Source: Candidatus Fervidifonticultor secundus
Lineage (GTDB): Bacteria > Sysuimicrobiota > Sysuimicrobiia > Sysuimicrobiales > Humicultoraceae
Assembly: GCA_031459385.1 (NCBI GenBank)
Contig: JAVKIP010000021.1
Location: 1 to 48,169, forward strand
Length of the DNA: 48,169 nucleotides
Direction of reading: 5' to 3'
In this document: piece by piece, positions 32,338-41,831 of the stretch
Position numbering within the stretch: position 1 is the first letter of the stretch
Layout of the letters: the number at the start of each line of letters is the position of its first letter
The notes under the pieces: generated by a model
The model's input: the letters and a program-made list of their open reading frames with translations, nothing else
Database searches by the model: none
What the model was told of the DNA's origin: nothing
Made by a program: the position numbers and the translations under genes

Positions 32338-34391
32338 TGCGGCGCGCGCCGGCCGGGCCGGTGCCGGCCGACGGACGCCGGAGGGTCGTCGCGGGCGCGG
32401 CCCTGGTCCTGCTGCTGGCGGGCGGGGCACTGCCCCTGTGGCGGATGACGCTGTACGCGCCCCAGTACCCGCAGGGCCTGCGCCTGGTCATCGACGGCCG
32501 TGGGCTGCGGGGGGACGTGGACGAGATCAACGCCCTGAACCACTACATCGGCATGCGCCAGCTGCCCGGCGGGGAGCGGCCCGTGCTCTACCGCGGCGAG
32601 GAGGACGACGAGGCCCAGGCCGAAGCGATCCCCGAGCTGGCCCTGTTCTTCCCGAGCGTCGCCCTGCTGGCCCTGGGCATGGCGCTCACCGCGGTGGTGC
32701 CCTGGCGGTGGCTCCGGCGGCTGGTGGTCGCCGGTGCGTGGACGCTGCCCGTGGTCTTCCTGGCCGACCTGCAGTACCGGCTGTACGTGTACGGGCACAC
32801 GCTGGACCCGGAGGCCGCGATCCGGCTGCCGCGGTTCACCCCGCGCGTGCTGGGGCCGACGTCGGTGATGAACTTCAACGTCACCGCGCTGCCCGGGCCG
32901 GGCCTGGTCCTGCTGGTGCTGAGCGCGCTGGTGCTCACTGTCGGCCCGGCGATGCGCACCGGGCGCCCGACCCGCCTGGCCGCTCGGCTGCTGGCAACCG
33001 CAGCGACGCTGCTGGTGGTGGCCGTGGCGGTGGCCGCGCCCTGGGCGCCGGCGCACGCGACGACCCCGGGCGTGGCGCCAACGGCCACGGCGGCGCCGGC
33101 GTTCGACCTGGCCGCCGCGGTGGCGGCGGCGCCGACCGGCGCGGTCATCGAGGTGCCACCGGGGACCTACTCCGGGCCGCTGGTACTGACGCGTCCCGTC
33201 ACGCTGCGCGGGCGGGGCTGGCCGGTGATCGACGGCGGCAGGCGCGGGCACGTGGTGGTCATCACCGGCCCGGAGGTACGCCTCGAGGGCTTCGTCGTCC
33301 GCGGCAGCGCGCTGGCCTACAGCAGCGAGGCAGCCGGCATCGTCGTCCAGGGCGCGCGGGCGGTGGTGCGGGGCAACCGCATCGAGGACGTGCTGTTCGG
33401 TCTCTACCTGGCCGGCGCCTCGGACGCCGTGGTGGAGCAGAATACGATCGCCACGGCCGACCTGCCGCTGGAACGCCGGGGCCACGCGGTCTACCTGTGG
33501 CGGGTGCGGGGCGCCCGCCTGCGCGACAACCGCATCACGCGCGGCAAGGACGGGTTCTACTTCTCGTTCTCGGCGGACACCCAGGTCGAGGGCAACACCG
33601 TCACCGGGTGCCGGTACGGCATCCACTACATGTACGCGAATGGGAACGCCTTCGTGGACAACGTCTTCGTCGATAACGCGGTGGGCGCCGCGGTCATGAA
33701 CTCCACTGACGTGCGGCTGGTGGGCAACACCTTCCAGGGCAGCCGGTCCGCGGCCACCGGGGTCGGGCTGATCCTCAAGGATGCCGACCGGGTCCTGGTG
33801 CGCGGCAACCGCATCGTGGGCAACGCCACCGGCATCGAGGTGGAGAACGCGCCGGCCGCCTCCGACGGCTGGGTGCGCCTGGAGCAGAACCTGATCGCCT
33901 TCAACGGCGTCGGGTTCAGCCTGATGAGCACCGCAGCCATCACCGCCACCGGGAACGCCATCGTCGAGAACCTGCGGCCCGTGCAGCCGCGCGGCGCGCT
34001 GCGCGCGGAGGCGAACCGGTGGAGCGAGGGCGGCCGGGGCAACTACTGGAGTGACTACGCCGGCTTCGACGCCGACGGCGATGGCGTGGGCGACGTGCCG
34101 TACAGCCGCGCAGACGTCCTGGAAGACCTGGTCGCCCGGGCGCCCGCCCTCCAGGCGCTGCTCTTCACACCCGCGCACCACGCCCTGGAGACCGCGGCCC
34201 GCCTGGCACCGCTCGTGCGCGGCGCGCCGCTGCTAGTGGACCCCGCGCCGCTGGTCCGGCCGCCGGTGCCTGGCGCGCTGCCGGTGCCGGAACATGGCGC
34301 ACGGGACCGGACCGGCATCCTGTGGGTGGGGCTCGGGCTGCTGCTCCCCGGCGTGGCTGCAGCCGCGGCGCGGAGCCAGAGACGCGCATGA
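32334..34391 (+). CDS. nosD: NosB-like membrane domain fused to NosD beta-helix maturation protein
   Basis: N-terminal part LYAPQYPQGL...INALNHYIGM...YGHTLDP.A.I (clade II NosB-type); C-terminal part G.Y.GPL, RGHAVYLW, RYGIHYMY, GNYWSDYAGFDADGDGVGD.PY. Confidence 0.88.
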   Translation: MMRRAPAGPVPADGRRRVVAGAALVLLLAGGALPLWRMTLYAPQYPQGLRLVIDGRGLRGDVDEINALNHYIGMRQLPGGERPVLYRGEEDDEAQAEAIPELALFFPSVALLALGMALTAVVPWRWLRRLVVAGAWTLPVVFLADLQYRLYVYGHTLDPEAAIRLPRFTPRVLGPTSVMNFNVTALPGPGLVLLVLSALVLTVGPAMRTGRPTRLAARLLATAATLLVVAVAVAAPWAPAHATTPGVAPTATAAPAFDLAAAVAAAPTGAVIEVPPGTYSGPLVLTRPVTLRGRGWPVIDGGRRGHVVVITGPEVRLEGFVVRGSALAYSSEAAGIVVQGARAVVRGNRIEDVLFGLYLAGASDAVVEQNTIATADLPLERRGHAVYLWRVRGARLRDNRITRGKDGFYFSFSADTQVEGNTVTGCRYGIHYMYANGNAFVDNVFVDNAVGAAVMNSTDVRLVGNTFQGSRSAATGVGLILKDADRVLVRGNRIVGNATGIEVENAPAASDGWVRLEQNLIAFNGVGFSLMSTAAITATGNAIVENLRPVQPRGALRAEANRWSEGGRGNYWSDYAGFDADGDGVGDVPYSRADVLEDLVARAPALQALLFTPAHHALETAARLAPLVRGAPLLVDPAPLVRPPVPGALPVPEHGARDRTGILWVGLGLLLPGVAAAAARSQRRA

Positions 34392-35311
34392 TCGAGATCG
34401 TCGACCTGCGCAAGCGCTTCGGCGCCACGCTGGCCGTGGACGGGATCACCACATCGATCGGCGCGGGCGAGTTTGCGGTGCTGCTGGGTCAGAACGGCGC
34501 CGGCAAGACCACGCTGCTGCGCTGCCTGCTGGGTCTGCTGGCCTACGAGGGCACGGTCCGGGTCGGCGGCGTGGATGTGGCCCGCGACGGCCGGACTGCG
34601 CGCCGCCTGATCGGCTACGTCCCGCAGCGGCCGGCGTTTCCGACCGAGCTGACCTGCGCGGAAACCCTGGACCTGTTCGCGCGGCTGCGCGGGCAGCCCG
34701 CGGGTGACGCCTCCTGGCTGGCCCGCGTCGGCCTCGAGGCCCAGGCGCGCACGCCGGTGCGCGCGCTCTCGGGCGGCATGCGGCAGCGCCTGGCCCTGGC
34801 CGTGGCGCTGCAGGCGGCGCCCCGCGTGATCCTGTTCGACGAACCGGCCGCGCACCTGGATGTCGCCGCGCGGCGCGCGCTGCACCGCGACCTGCAGACG
34901 CTGGTCGCAGAGGGCCGGACGGTCGTCCTGTCGACCCATCTGGCCGCCGAATCCCTGCAGCCCGCCACCCGGGCGCTGGTGATGGACCGCGGGCGGCTCG
35001 TCTACGACGGCCCGCCGCAAGAGCTGGGCAGCGCCGTCCAGCAGCGCATCGTCTTCACGTTGAACGGCAGCGGCCGCGACGACCTGCTGACCATGCTGGC
35101 GGCCATGGCCGACGTGACGGCCAGCGCGGCGGGTGCGACGGTGGTGGCGCTGGCGCCGGCGGGGCGCGCCTTCGACGTGCTGGCCGCGGTGGCGGCCGCG
35201 GGCATCCGGCCGGTGGCGGTGCACGTCGAGGAGCCGGCGGTGGACAGCGCGCTGGTTGCCGCCGGGCGCCGTCCGGGCGCGGCGCGACCGGCGCGGGAGG
35301 GTCGCGCATGA
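34388..35311 (+). CDS. nosF: ABC transporter ATPase NosF
   Basis: GQNGAGKTT, LSGGMRQR, ILFDEP, STH; nos context. Confidence 0.9.
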   Translation: MIEIVDLRKRFGATLAVDGITTSIGAGEFAVLLGQNGAGKTTLLRCLLGLLAYEGTVRVGGVDVARDGRTARRLIGYVPQRPAFPTELTCAETLDLFARLRGQPAGDASWLARVGLEAQARTPVRALSGGMRQRLALAVALQAAPRVILFDEPAAHLDVAARRALHRDLQTLVAEGRTVVLSTHLAAESLQPATRALVMDRGRLVYDGPPQELGSAVQQRIVFTLNGSGRDDLLTMLAAMADVTASAAGATVVALAPAGRAFDVLAAVAAAGIRPVAVHVEEPAVDSALVAAGRRPGAARPAREGRA

Positions 35312-36135
35312 CGGCGGCGCGCGTGCTGATCGTGCACGAACTGGGCGACGCCCTGCGCAGCCGGTGGCTGCTGGCGTACGCCGTGCTCTTCGCGGTGCTG
35401 GCGCTGGGCCTGTCGCTGGTAGGCCTGCAGGGCGTCGGGGCCGTGGGCCTGGAAGGCTACGGCCGCACCACTGCCAGCCTCATCAACCTCTGTCTGCTGC
35501 TGGTGCCACTGGTAGCGCTGCTGCTGGGCAGTAGCGGCGTGGCCGCCGACCGCGAGAGCGGCGTGCTGGAGCTCCTGCTGGCCCAGCCCGTCGGCCGTAG
35601 CGAACTGCTCCTCAGCCGTTTCGCGGGCGCCCTGGCCGCCGTCGCGGCGGCGACCATGCTCGGCTTCGGCATCGCCGGGGTCCTCATCGGGCTCGCCACC
35701 GGCACCGCAGGCGGCCTGCGCTACCTGGCCTTTGTCGGCATCGCGCTGGTCCTGGCCGGCGCCTACCTAGCCGTCGGCCTGGCGATCTCCGTGGTCGCGC
35801 GCAGCCGTACGCGGGCCACCGCGGCGGCGCTCGCGGTCTGGTTCGCGAGCGTAGTCGTCTTCGATCTGCTGTTGATCGGGGCGGGCGCCTTCGCCCTGGC
35901 CGGCGTTCGGGGTCTGGCCGCGGCCCTGCTGCTGAACCCCGTGGAGATCGCCCGGCTGCTGGCGCTGCTGGTGCTGGACCCCACGCTGGAGGTGCTGGGG
36001 CCCGTCGGCGGGTTCCTCGTCGCGCGGTTCGGCGCCGCAGGCGTCACCGGCCTCCTGCTGGGCGCGCTGGCCGTCTGGACGCTGGGCCCGCTGGCTGTGG
36101 CCGCGGCCCTCTTCGAAGGCGGCGACGTGCCGTGA
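35308..36135 (+). CDS. nosY: ABC transporter permease NosY
   Basis: ELGDALRSRW, RTTASLINL, DRESGVLELLLAQP, LLLNP; multiple TM segments. Confidence 0.9.
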   Translation: MTAARVLIVHELGDALRSRWLLAYAVLFAVLALGLSLVGLQGVGAVGLEGYGRTTASLINLCLLLVPLVALLLGSSGVAADRESGVLELLLAQPVGRSELLLSRFAGALAAVAAATMLGFGIAGVLIGLATGTAGGLRYLAFVGIALVLAGAYLAVGLAISVVARSRTRATAAALAVWFASVVVFDLLLIGAGAFALAGVRGLAAALLLNPVEIARLLALLVLDPTLEVLGPVGGFLVARFGAAGVTGLLLGALAVWTLGPLAVAAALFEGGDVP

Positions 36136-36785
36136 CGCACGGACGGCGCCCTGCCGGTGGCGGCAGCCTGTGGCTCGCCGCCGCCGCCGGCGTGGCGGTC
36201 GCGGTGCTGGTAGCGGTGATCCACTACCGCACCCCGGCACCCCCAACGCTCACCGTGTCTGCGCCGCCGGAGCCCGGCGGGAAGACGCGCGGGGCGGCGG
36301 CTGCGCCTGTGGCCGTCGAGATCTTCTCCGACTTCCTGTGCCGCCACTGTGCCACCCTGGCTCGCGAGGTGGAACCGGCCCTCGTGGCGCGCTACGTGGA
36401 ACCCGGCGCCGCGCGGCTGGTCTACCGGAACTTCCCCGTCCTCGGGCCGCTGTCGGAGCAGGCTGCGGTGGCCAGCGAGTGCGCGGTGGAGCAGCGGCAC
36501 TTCTGGGCGTACCACGACCGGCTCTTCGCGCGGGCACGGCGCGGCGCGCTGCGGTCCGCGCGCGACCTGGAAGCCGCTGCGCGCGAAGTCGGCCTCGCGG
36601 TCGAAGCGTTCAACGCCTGCCGCGCCGGGGATGCCGCGCGCGCCCGCGTCGAGGCCGACGTGCGCGAGGGTCTCCGCCGCGGCGTGCGCGGAACGCCGAC
36701 CAGCTTCGTCGACGGCCGGATGATCGTCGGCGCGCAGCCGCTGGAGGTCTTCGGTGCGGCCATCGAGGCCGCCAGAGCGCGGTAG
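36132..36785 (+). CDS. DsbA/BdbD-family thiol-disulfide oxidoreductase
   Basis: FSDFLCRHC, YRNFP, FWAYHDRLF, GVRGTPT, GAQP. Confidence 0.9.
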   Translation: MTHGRRPAGGGSLWLAAAAGVAVAVLVAVIHYRTPAPPTLTVSAPPEPGGKTRGAAAAPVAVEIFSDFLCRHCATLAREVEPALVARYVEPGAARLVYRNFPVLGPLSEQAAVASECAVEQRHFWAYHDRLFARARRGALRSARDLEAAAREVGLAVEAFNACRAGDAARARVEADVREGLRRGVRGTPTSFVDGRMIVGAQPLEVFGAAIEAARAR

Positions 36786-36792
36786 CGCCGGA

Positions 36793-37200
36793 GTGTGGTG
36801 GGGCGCCGCCGGGCTGGCAGCTGGCGGCGTGGTGGTCACGGGTGTGCTGACCGCCCTGGCCGCGCGCGGGGCTCCGCCGGTCTGCCTGGTCGGCGCCTGC
36901 GAAGTGGTCTCCAGTGGGCCCTACGCGCGCTTCCTGGGCCTCCCGCTGGGGGTGTGGGGCCTGGCGGCCTTCGCCGTGGTGACAGCCGTGGCCCTTCTGG
37001 GCGCCCGTGGTGCCAGGCGGCGCGCGGTCCTGCTACCGGTGCTGGTCGGCCTGGTCGCGTTCGGCGCCGGCTTCTCGGCCTACCTGACCTGGCTCCAGGT
37101 GGTCGTGCTGCGGGCGGTCTGTGCCTGGTGTGCCGCGAGCGCCCTCGTATGGGCCGCGCTGGCGGCTACCGGGGGCCTGCTGGCCGCCTCGCGGCCCTAG
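36793..37200 (+). CDS. Vitamin K epoxide reductase (VKOR) family protein
   Basis: CLVGACEVVSSGPYA...GLP; YLTWLQ...AVCAWC. Start inferred. Confidence 0.85.
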   Translation: MWWGAAGLAAGGVVVTGVLTALAARGAPPVCLVGACEVVSSGPYARFLGLPLGVWGLAAFAVVTAVALLGARGARRRAVLLPVLVGLVAFGAGFSAYLTWLQVVVLRAVCAWCAASALVWAALAATGGLLAASRP

Positions 37201-37229
37201 CCTAGATCAGCTGTCCGCCCGCTGCCAAA

Positions 37230-37275
37230 ATCCGTCCTGCGCCCGATGGGCCGCGGTGCGCCGTGCCCCTACCAT
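37230..37275 (+). promoter_or_regulatory. Degenerate palindromic box plus -10-like hexamer (hemerythrin-CBS-por operon)
   Basis: ATCCGT-CCTGCG-CCCGAT (37230-37247), 22 nt, TACCAT (37270-37275). Confidence 0.65.
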
Positions 37276-37306
37276 GGGGGCGACTGGCCAACGCCGGGGG
37301 GTTCCC

Positions 37307-37804
37307 ATGAGCAGAGCCAAGGTGACGCTGCTCGAGGCGTACCGGAGCGAACACACCGACCTGAGCGCCGGGCTGGAGGCCCTGACGCAGATGCTCGATC
37401 GCCTGCGGGACGGCAGGCCCGCCCCGGGGGCGGTGGGGGAGACGGAGCGCTTCTTCCGCAGGGTGATGATTCCGCACGCGGAGTGGGAAGAACTGACGTT
37501 CTACCCCGCGGCGGGCGAGTTGCTCCGCGAACACGGCGACGTGAATGCCGCCATGGTCATGGACCACCGGGAGATCGCCTCACGGGTCTCCGATCTGCTG
37601 GCGCTGCTGCAGCGGATCGAGGCCGGCGACTGCGACCCCGCGCTGGTCGACCGTGCCCGCATCCTCGGCTACCAGATCCGTGCACTGGTCGAGGTGCACT
37701 GCCGCAAGGAGGAGGAGATCTACTGTTCCTTGCTGCACCGGTATCTCTCCGACCGGGACGTCGTGCACGCCCTCGCGGTCGGCGACCAGCTCGGACACGA
37801 CTGA
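37307..37804 (+). CDS. Hemerythrin-like (HHE) domain protein
   Basis: EH, HAEWEE..FYP, DHREI, HCRKEE. Confidence 0.85.
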   Translation: MSRAKVTLLEAYRSEHTDLSAGLEALTQMLDRLRDGRPAPGAVGETERFFRRVMIPHAEWEELTFYPAAGELLREHGDVNAAMVMDHREIASRVSDLLALLQRIEAGDCDPALVDRARILGYQIRALVEVHCRKEEEIYCSLLHRYLSDRDVVHALAVGDQLGHD

Positions 37805-37817
37805 GAGGATCGCCGGC

Positions 37818-38561
37818 ATGCTGGTCCGCGACCTCATGAGCAGCCCCCCGATCACCATGGACGCCAGGGGATCCATCGCCGAGGCTCACAGCCTCATGCG
37901 GCACTACCAGATCCGCCGGATCCCGATCCTCTCCCGCGACCGGCTGGTGGGCATCGTGAGCTGGACGGACCTGATGCGGGCCTTGCCCTCCCCCGCCACC
38001 TCCCTGGGCGCATGGGAGATCCCCGGGCTGTTGCTGCGGGCGAGCGTGAAGGAGATCATGACCCCCACCCCGGTCACGATCGGGCCGGACCAGCCCGTCG
38101 AGGAGGCCGCATTCCTCATGCGCAGTCGGAAGATCGGCGGGCTGCCCGTGGTGGGCAACGACGGCCGGCTGATCGGCATCATCACCGAGAGCGATGTCTT
38201 CGACGCCTTCCTCGAGATGACGGGCATGCGGCAGGGCGGTGTCCGGCTGGTGGTCGAGCTCGGGGACGATGCGGGAGCGATCGCGGACGTGACTGCGGTC
38301 CTCAAGGCCGCAGGCGCCGCCCTGACCTCGCTGGCCGTGTACACCGAAGAGGGTCGGCGCGTAGCGCTGCTCCGCGTGGCCACCGCCGATCCCGCGCGCC
38401 TGGCGGAGGCGTTGCCCGCGCGGGGGGTGCGCGTGCGCCACCTCGCCACCGTCGTCGCCCCGGCGCCGCCGGCACCGGCCCGGCCGCAGGCGCCGGTGCA
38501 GCGGATGCCCGCGCGCGATGTGCCGGTGTGGCGGTCGGCCCCGGAGGGGCCCAGGCTCTGA
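37818..38561 (+). CDS. CBS-pair + ACT-like protein (AcuB-like) 1
   Basis: MLVRDLMS, RLVGIVSWTDL, PSPATSL..WEI, KIGGLPVV, GIITESDVF. Confidence 0.88.
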   Translation: MLVRDLMSSPPITMDARGSIAEAHSLMRHYQIRRIPILSRDRLVGIVSWTDLMRALPSPATSLGAWEIPGLLLRASVKEIMTPTPVTIGPDQPVEEAAFLMRSRKIGGLPVVGNDGRLIGIITESDVFDAFLEMTGMRQGGVRLVVELGDDAGAIADVTAVLKAAGAALTSLAVYTEEGRRVALLRVATADPARLAEALPARGVRVRHLATVVAPAPPAPARPQAPVQRMPARDVPVWRSAPEGPRL

Positions 38562-39514
38562 TGCTGGCCACCGAGCTCGTGCAGGCCCTGGAGGCGTTGC
38601 CGACCGCGGAACGCGGGCTGCTGGCGGTCAGGTGGCACGGCCGAGGCGGCGCGGGCGCCAAGACCGGCGCCGTGCTCCTGGCCGAGTTGGCTATCGCCCA
38701 CGGGCTCTACGGCCAGGCCCTGCCCGAGTTCGGCCCTGAGCGGCGCGGCGCGCCCGTGCAGGCGTTCACCCGCATCGCCGCCGGGCGGATCGCCCAGCGG
38801 GGGCCCATCGCGCGCCCCGACGTGGTCGTCGTGCTGGACGCCGGCCTGCTGGGTACCACGGCGGCGCGGGAGGGCCTGACGGCGCGCACCCTGGTCTTCG
38901 TCAACGCGCCCCCTGGGGCCCGCCAGGCGCTCGAACCGTCGGTCCCGGGCCCCCTGGTGGTCGTGGACGCGTCGACGGCGTCGCGCGACGCGCTCGGCCG
39001 CGACCTCCCCAACATCCCCATGCTGGCCGCGGTCGTCGCGGGACTCGACCTGGTGCCGCGCGCCGCGCTCCTGGCGTGGCTCGAGGCGCGCCTGGCGAAG
39101 GAGTTCTCGCCGGCGGTCGTTGCGGGCAACCTGCGCGCGGCCGCGACGGTGCTCGACGGCGTGGCGGCGCAGCCCTGGCAGACTCCCCCGCCAGACGGCG
39201 CGCCGGTGGCTGCGCCGCCGCGCCCGGTGCGAGCTGCCCTGCGCTGGCAGGAGGCGGCAGCTGGCGCGGCCATGGCCGGCGGCACCAGCCGCCAGTTCAC
39301 CACCGGCGACTGGCGTCAGCAGCGGCCCGTGCTCGACCTCCAGAAGTGCATCCACTGCATGCTGTGCTGGCTCTACTGCCCGGACTCGTCGATTCTCGCT
39401 GCCGCGGGCCGGATCACCGAGATCGACCTGACGTACTGCAAGGGCTGCGGCATCTGCGCCGAGGTCTGCCCGCCGCGGGCCCGGGCGATCGTCATGGTGC
39501 CGGAGGGAGCCTGA
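38561..39514 (+). CDS. Pyruvate:ferredoxin oxidoreductase fused gamma-delta subunit
   Basis: RWHGRGGAGAKT, FGPERRGAP, PNIPML; then TGDWR, CIHCMLCWLYCPD, CKGCGICAEVC. Confidence 0.9.
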   Translation: MLATELVQALEALPTAERGLLAVRWHGRGGAGAKTGAVLLAELAIAHGLYGQALPEFGPERRGAPVQAFTRIAAGRIAQRGPIARPDVVVVLDAGLLGTTAAREGLTARTLVFVNAPPGARQALEPSVPGPLVVVDASTASRDALGRDLPNIPMLAAVVAGLDLVPRAALLAWLEARLAKEFSPAVVAGNLRAAATVLDGVAAQPWQTPPPDGAPVAAPPRPVRAALRWQEAAAGAAMAGGTSRQFTTGDWRQQRPVLDLQKCIHCMLCWLYCPDSSILAAAGRITEIDLTYCKGCGICAEVCPPRARAIVMVPEGA

Positions 39515-40698
39515 TGGCAGTGACGACCCGCGAGCGCCTGGGCCTGACCGGCAACGACGCCGTGGCCCTGGCGTGGAAGCAGATCGACCCCGACGTGGTC
39601 GCCGCGTACCCGATCACGCCGTCGACGGGCATCGTGGAGAGGTTCTCGCAGTACGTGGCCGACGGCGAGGTGGGCACCATCTTCGTGCCGGTGGAGTCGG
39701 AACACTCGGCGCTCTCGGCCTGCGTGGGCGCGGCCATCGCCGGCGCCCGCGTGACCACCGCCACGTCGTCGCAGGGTCTGGCCTTGATGCACGAGGTGTT
39801 GTTCATCGCCGCGGGCTTGCGGCTGCCCATCACCATGGCCGTGGCCAATCGGGCGCTGTCGGCGCCGCTGAACATCCACGGTGACCACTCCGATGCCATG
39901 GCCTCGCGGGACGCTGGCTGGGTGCAGCTCTACGTGCGCGACGTGCAGGAGGCCTACGACACGACCATCATGGCGGTGCGCATCGCCGAGACCGCCCGCG
40001 TGCCGGTCATGGTCTGTCTCGACGGCTTCAGCGTCAGCCACGCGCTGGAGCCGGTGCAGGTGCACGACGACGAGGCCGTGCGCGCATTCCTCGGGACCCC
40101 GGTCGCGACGTATCCCCTGCTGAACGGCCAGCCCATCACCGTGGGCCCGCTGGCCCTGCCCGACGCCTACATGGAGTTCAAGCGCGCCCAGGCCGAGGGC
40201 ATGGCCCAGGCGCTCGGGACCGTCGGCGACGTCACCCGGGCCTTCAACCAGACGTTCGGCACCAGGGTACCCGCGCTATTGGAGGTCGCCGGCGCCCCCG
40301 ATGCCGAGACCGCCGTGCTCGTCATGGGGTCGGCTGCCGACCTGGTGGCGGATGCCCTCGGACGCTGGGAGGCCCAGGGCCGCAAGGTGGCCCTGGTGCG
40401 CCTGCGCCTGTACCGACCGTTTCCGGCCGAGGTGGTGCGCGCCGTGCTGGCACCCTACCGGCGTGTGGCCGTGCTCGAGCGAGCGGACAGCCTCAGCACG
40501 CTCGGCGGCCCCCTGATGGTGGATACCGCGGCCGCCCTGTATGGAGCCGTCTCCCCCCCACGGCTCTTTAACCGGATCTTCGGGCTGGGCGGCCGCGACC
40601 TTCGTCTCGAGGATCTGGAGCAGGTGGCGGCCCTCCTCCTGGGGGAGACGGACGGGCCGCCGGTGGCCTATCTCGGCGTGGCAGGCGACGGGCCATGA
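39514..40698 (+). CDS. porA: Pyruvate:ferredoxin oxidoreductase alpha subunit
   Basis: AAYPITP, VESEHSA, TATSSQGL, NRALSAPLNIHGDHSD, RLYRPFP, GLGGRD. Confidence 0.92.
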   Translation: MAVTTRERLGLTGNDAVALAWKQIDPDVVAAYPITPSTGIVERFSQYVADGEVGTIFVPVESEHSALSACVGAAIAGARVTTATSSQGLALMHEVLFIAAGLRLPITMAVANRALSAPLNIHGDHSDAMASRDAGWVQLYVRDVQEAYDTTIMAVRIAETARVPVMVCLDGFSVSHALEPVQVHDDEAVRAFLGTPVATYPLLNGQPITVGPLALPDAYMEFKRAQAEGMAQALGTVGDVTRAFNQTFGTRVPALLEVAGAPDAETAVLVMGSAADLVADALGRWEAQGRKVALVRLRLYRPFPAEVVRAVLAPYRRVAVLERADSLSTLGGPLMVDTAAALYGAVSPPRLFNRIFGLGGRDLRLEDLEQVAALLLGETDGPPVAYLGVAGDGP

Positions 40699-41666
40699 GC
40701 CTGAACCTGCGCGAGCTCTCCACCCGTGGGGAAGGGCTGGCGCCCGGGCACCGCGCGTGCGCCGGCTGCGGGTTCCCGCCCATCATCCGCCTGCTGGTCA
40801 CCGTGGCCCGCCGGCCGCTGGTGGTCGTGAACGCCACCGGCTGCATGGAAGTCGTGACGACCATCTACCCCTACAGCGCGTGGCCCGTGCCCTACATCCA
40901 CAACGCGTTCGAGAACGCCGCGGCGACGGCTTCAGGGGTGGAAGCGGCGGTGCGGGCGCTCGTCCGGCGCGGCCGCCTGCACGAGCCGCCCAAGGTCGTC
41001 GCCATCGGCGGCGACGGCGGCACCTACGACATCGGGCTCCAGAGCCTCTCGGGCGCGCTGGAACGGGGTCACGACTTCCTGTACATCTGCTACAACAACG
41101 AAGGCTACATGAACACCGGCATCCAGCGCTCCAGCGCCACTCCGCCCGGCGCCCGCACCACGACGTCGCCGGCAGGCCGCGTGCTCCCCGGCAAGGTCGA
41201 GATGCGCAAGGATCTCACCGAGATCGTGGCAGCGCACAACATCCCGTACGCCGCGCAGGCCAGCATCAGCCACTGGGGCGACCTGGCCAAGAAGCTGGCG
41301 AAGGCCCTGGCCACCGACGGCCCGACGTTTCTCAACGTGCTGGCACCCTGCCAGCCAGGGTGGGACTATCCACCGCACCTCACCGTGCAGCTGGCCGAGG
41401 TGGCGGTGGAGACGCGCTACTGGCCGCTCTACGAGGTCGACGCCGGACGCTGGCGGATCACCGTGCGCCCTGCCAGGGTGCGGCCCGTGGCCGACTGGCT
41501 GGCGATGCAGGGGCGGTTCAAGCACCTGGTCGCGGCGCCGGACGTGGCCCAGCGCCTGCAGGCCTGGGTCGACGCCAACTGGGCTGCGCTCGAAGCCAGG
41601 GTAGCCGCCACCCGCGCGAGCGCGCATCCTCCGGCGGCCGACCAGCCGACGCCTGCCCAGGCGTAG
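40695..41666 (+). CDS. porB: Pyruvate:ferredoxin oxidoreductase beta (TPP-binding) subunit
   Basis: GHRACAGC, TGCMEV, FENAAA, GGDGGTYDIG, NNEGYMNTG.QRS, PCQPGW. Confidence 0.93.
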   Translation: MSLNLRELSTRGEGLAPGHRACAGCGFPPIIRLLVTVARRPLVVVNATGCMEVVTTIYPYSAWPVPYIHNAFENAAATASGVEAAVRALVRRGRLHEPPKVVAIGGDGGTYDIGLQSLSGALERGHDFLYICYNNEGYMNTGIQRSSATPPGARTTTSPAGRVLPGKVEMRKDLTEIVAAHNIPYAAQASISHWGDLAKKLAKALATDGPTFLNVLAPCQPGWDYPPHLTVQLAEVAVETRYWPLYEVDAGRWRITVRPARVRPVADWLAMQGRFKHLVAAPDVAQRLQAWVDANWAALEARVAATRASAHPPAADQPTPAQA

Positions 41667-41729
41667 CCCGCGCAACCGCCGGCCGCCGTCGTGCAACCCG
41701 GCAGATGCGTGCGGGGCGGCCGCCCAAAA

Positions 41730-41775
41730 ATCGGGCGGCCGCCCGATGGTTCTCCGCGCGCCATCGCGCGATGCT
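41730..41775 (+). promoter_or_regulatory. Perfect palindromic box plus weak -10 (rrf2-2 / multicopper oxidase operon)
   Basis: ATCGGGCGGCCGCCCGAT (41730-41747), 22 nt, GATGCT (41770-41775). Confidence 0.65.
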
Positions 41776-41787
41776 GGTACTCGTCGC

Positions 41788-41810
41788 AAGCGGACCAAAA
41801 TGGTCCACTT
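41788..41810. promoter_or_regulatory. 23-bp imperfect palindrome, putative Rrf2-2 operator
   Basis: AAGCGGACCA-AAA-TGGTCCACTT in the leader of the second Rrf2 gene. Confidence 0.6.
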
Positions 41811-41831
41811 CGTCTCGAGGCGCTCGATGCT

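Noticed and set aside
38561..41666. Oxalate oxidoreductase (also has a fused gamma-delta subunit)
   Set aside because: The alpha subunit has YPITP, not the YPIRP of oxalate oxidoreductase.
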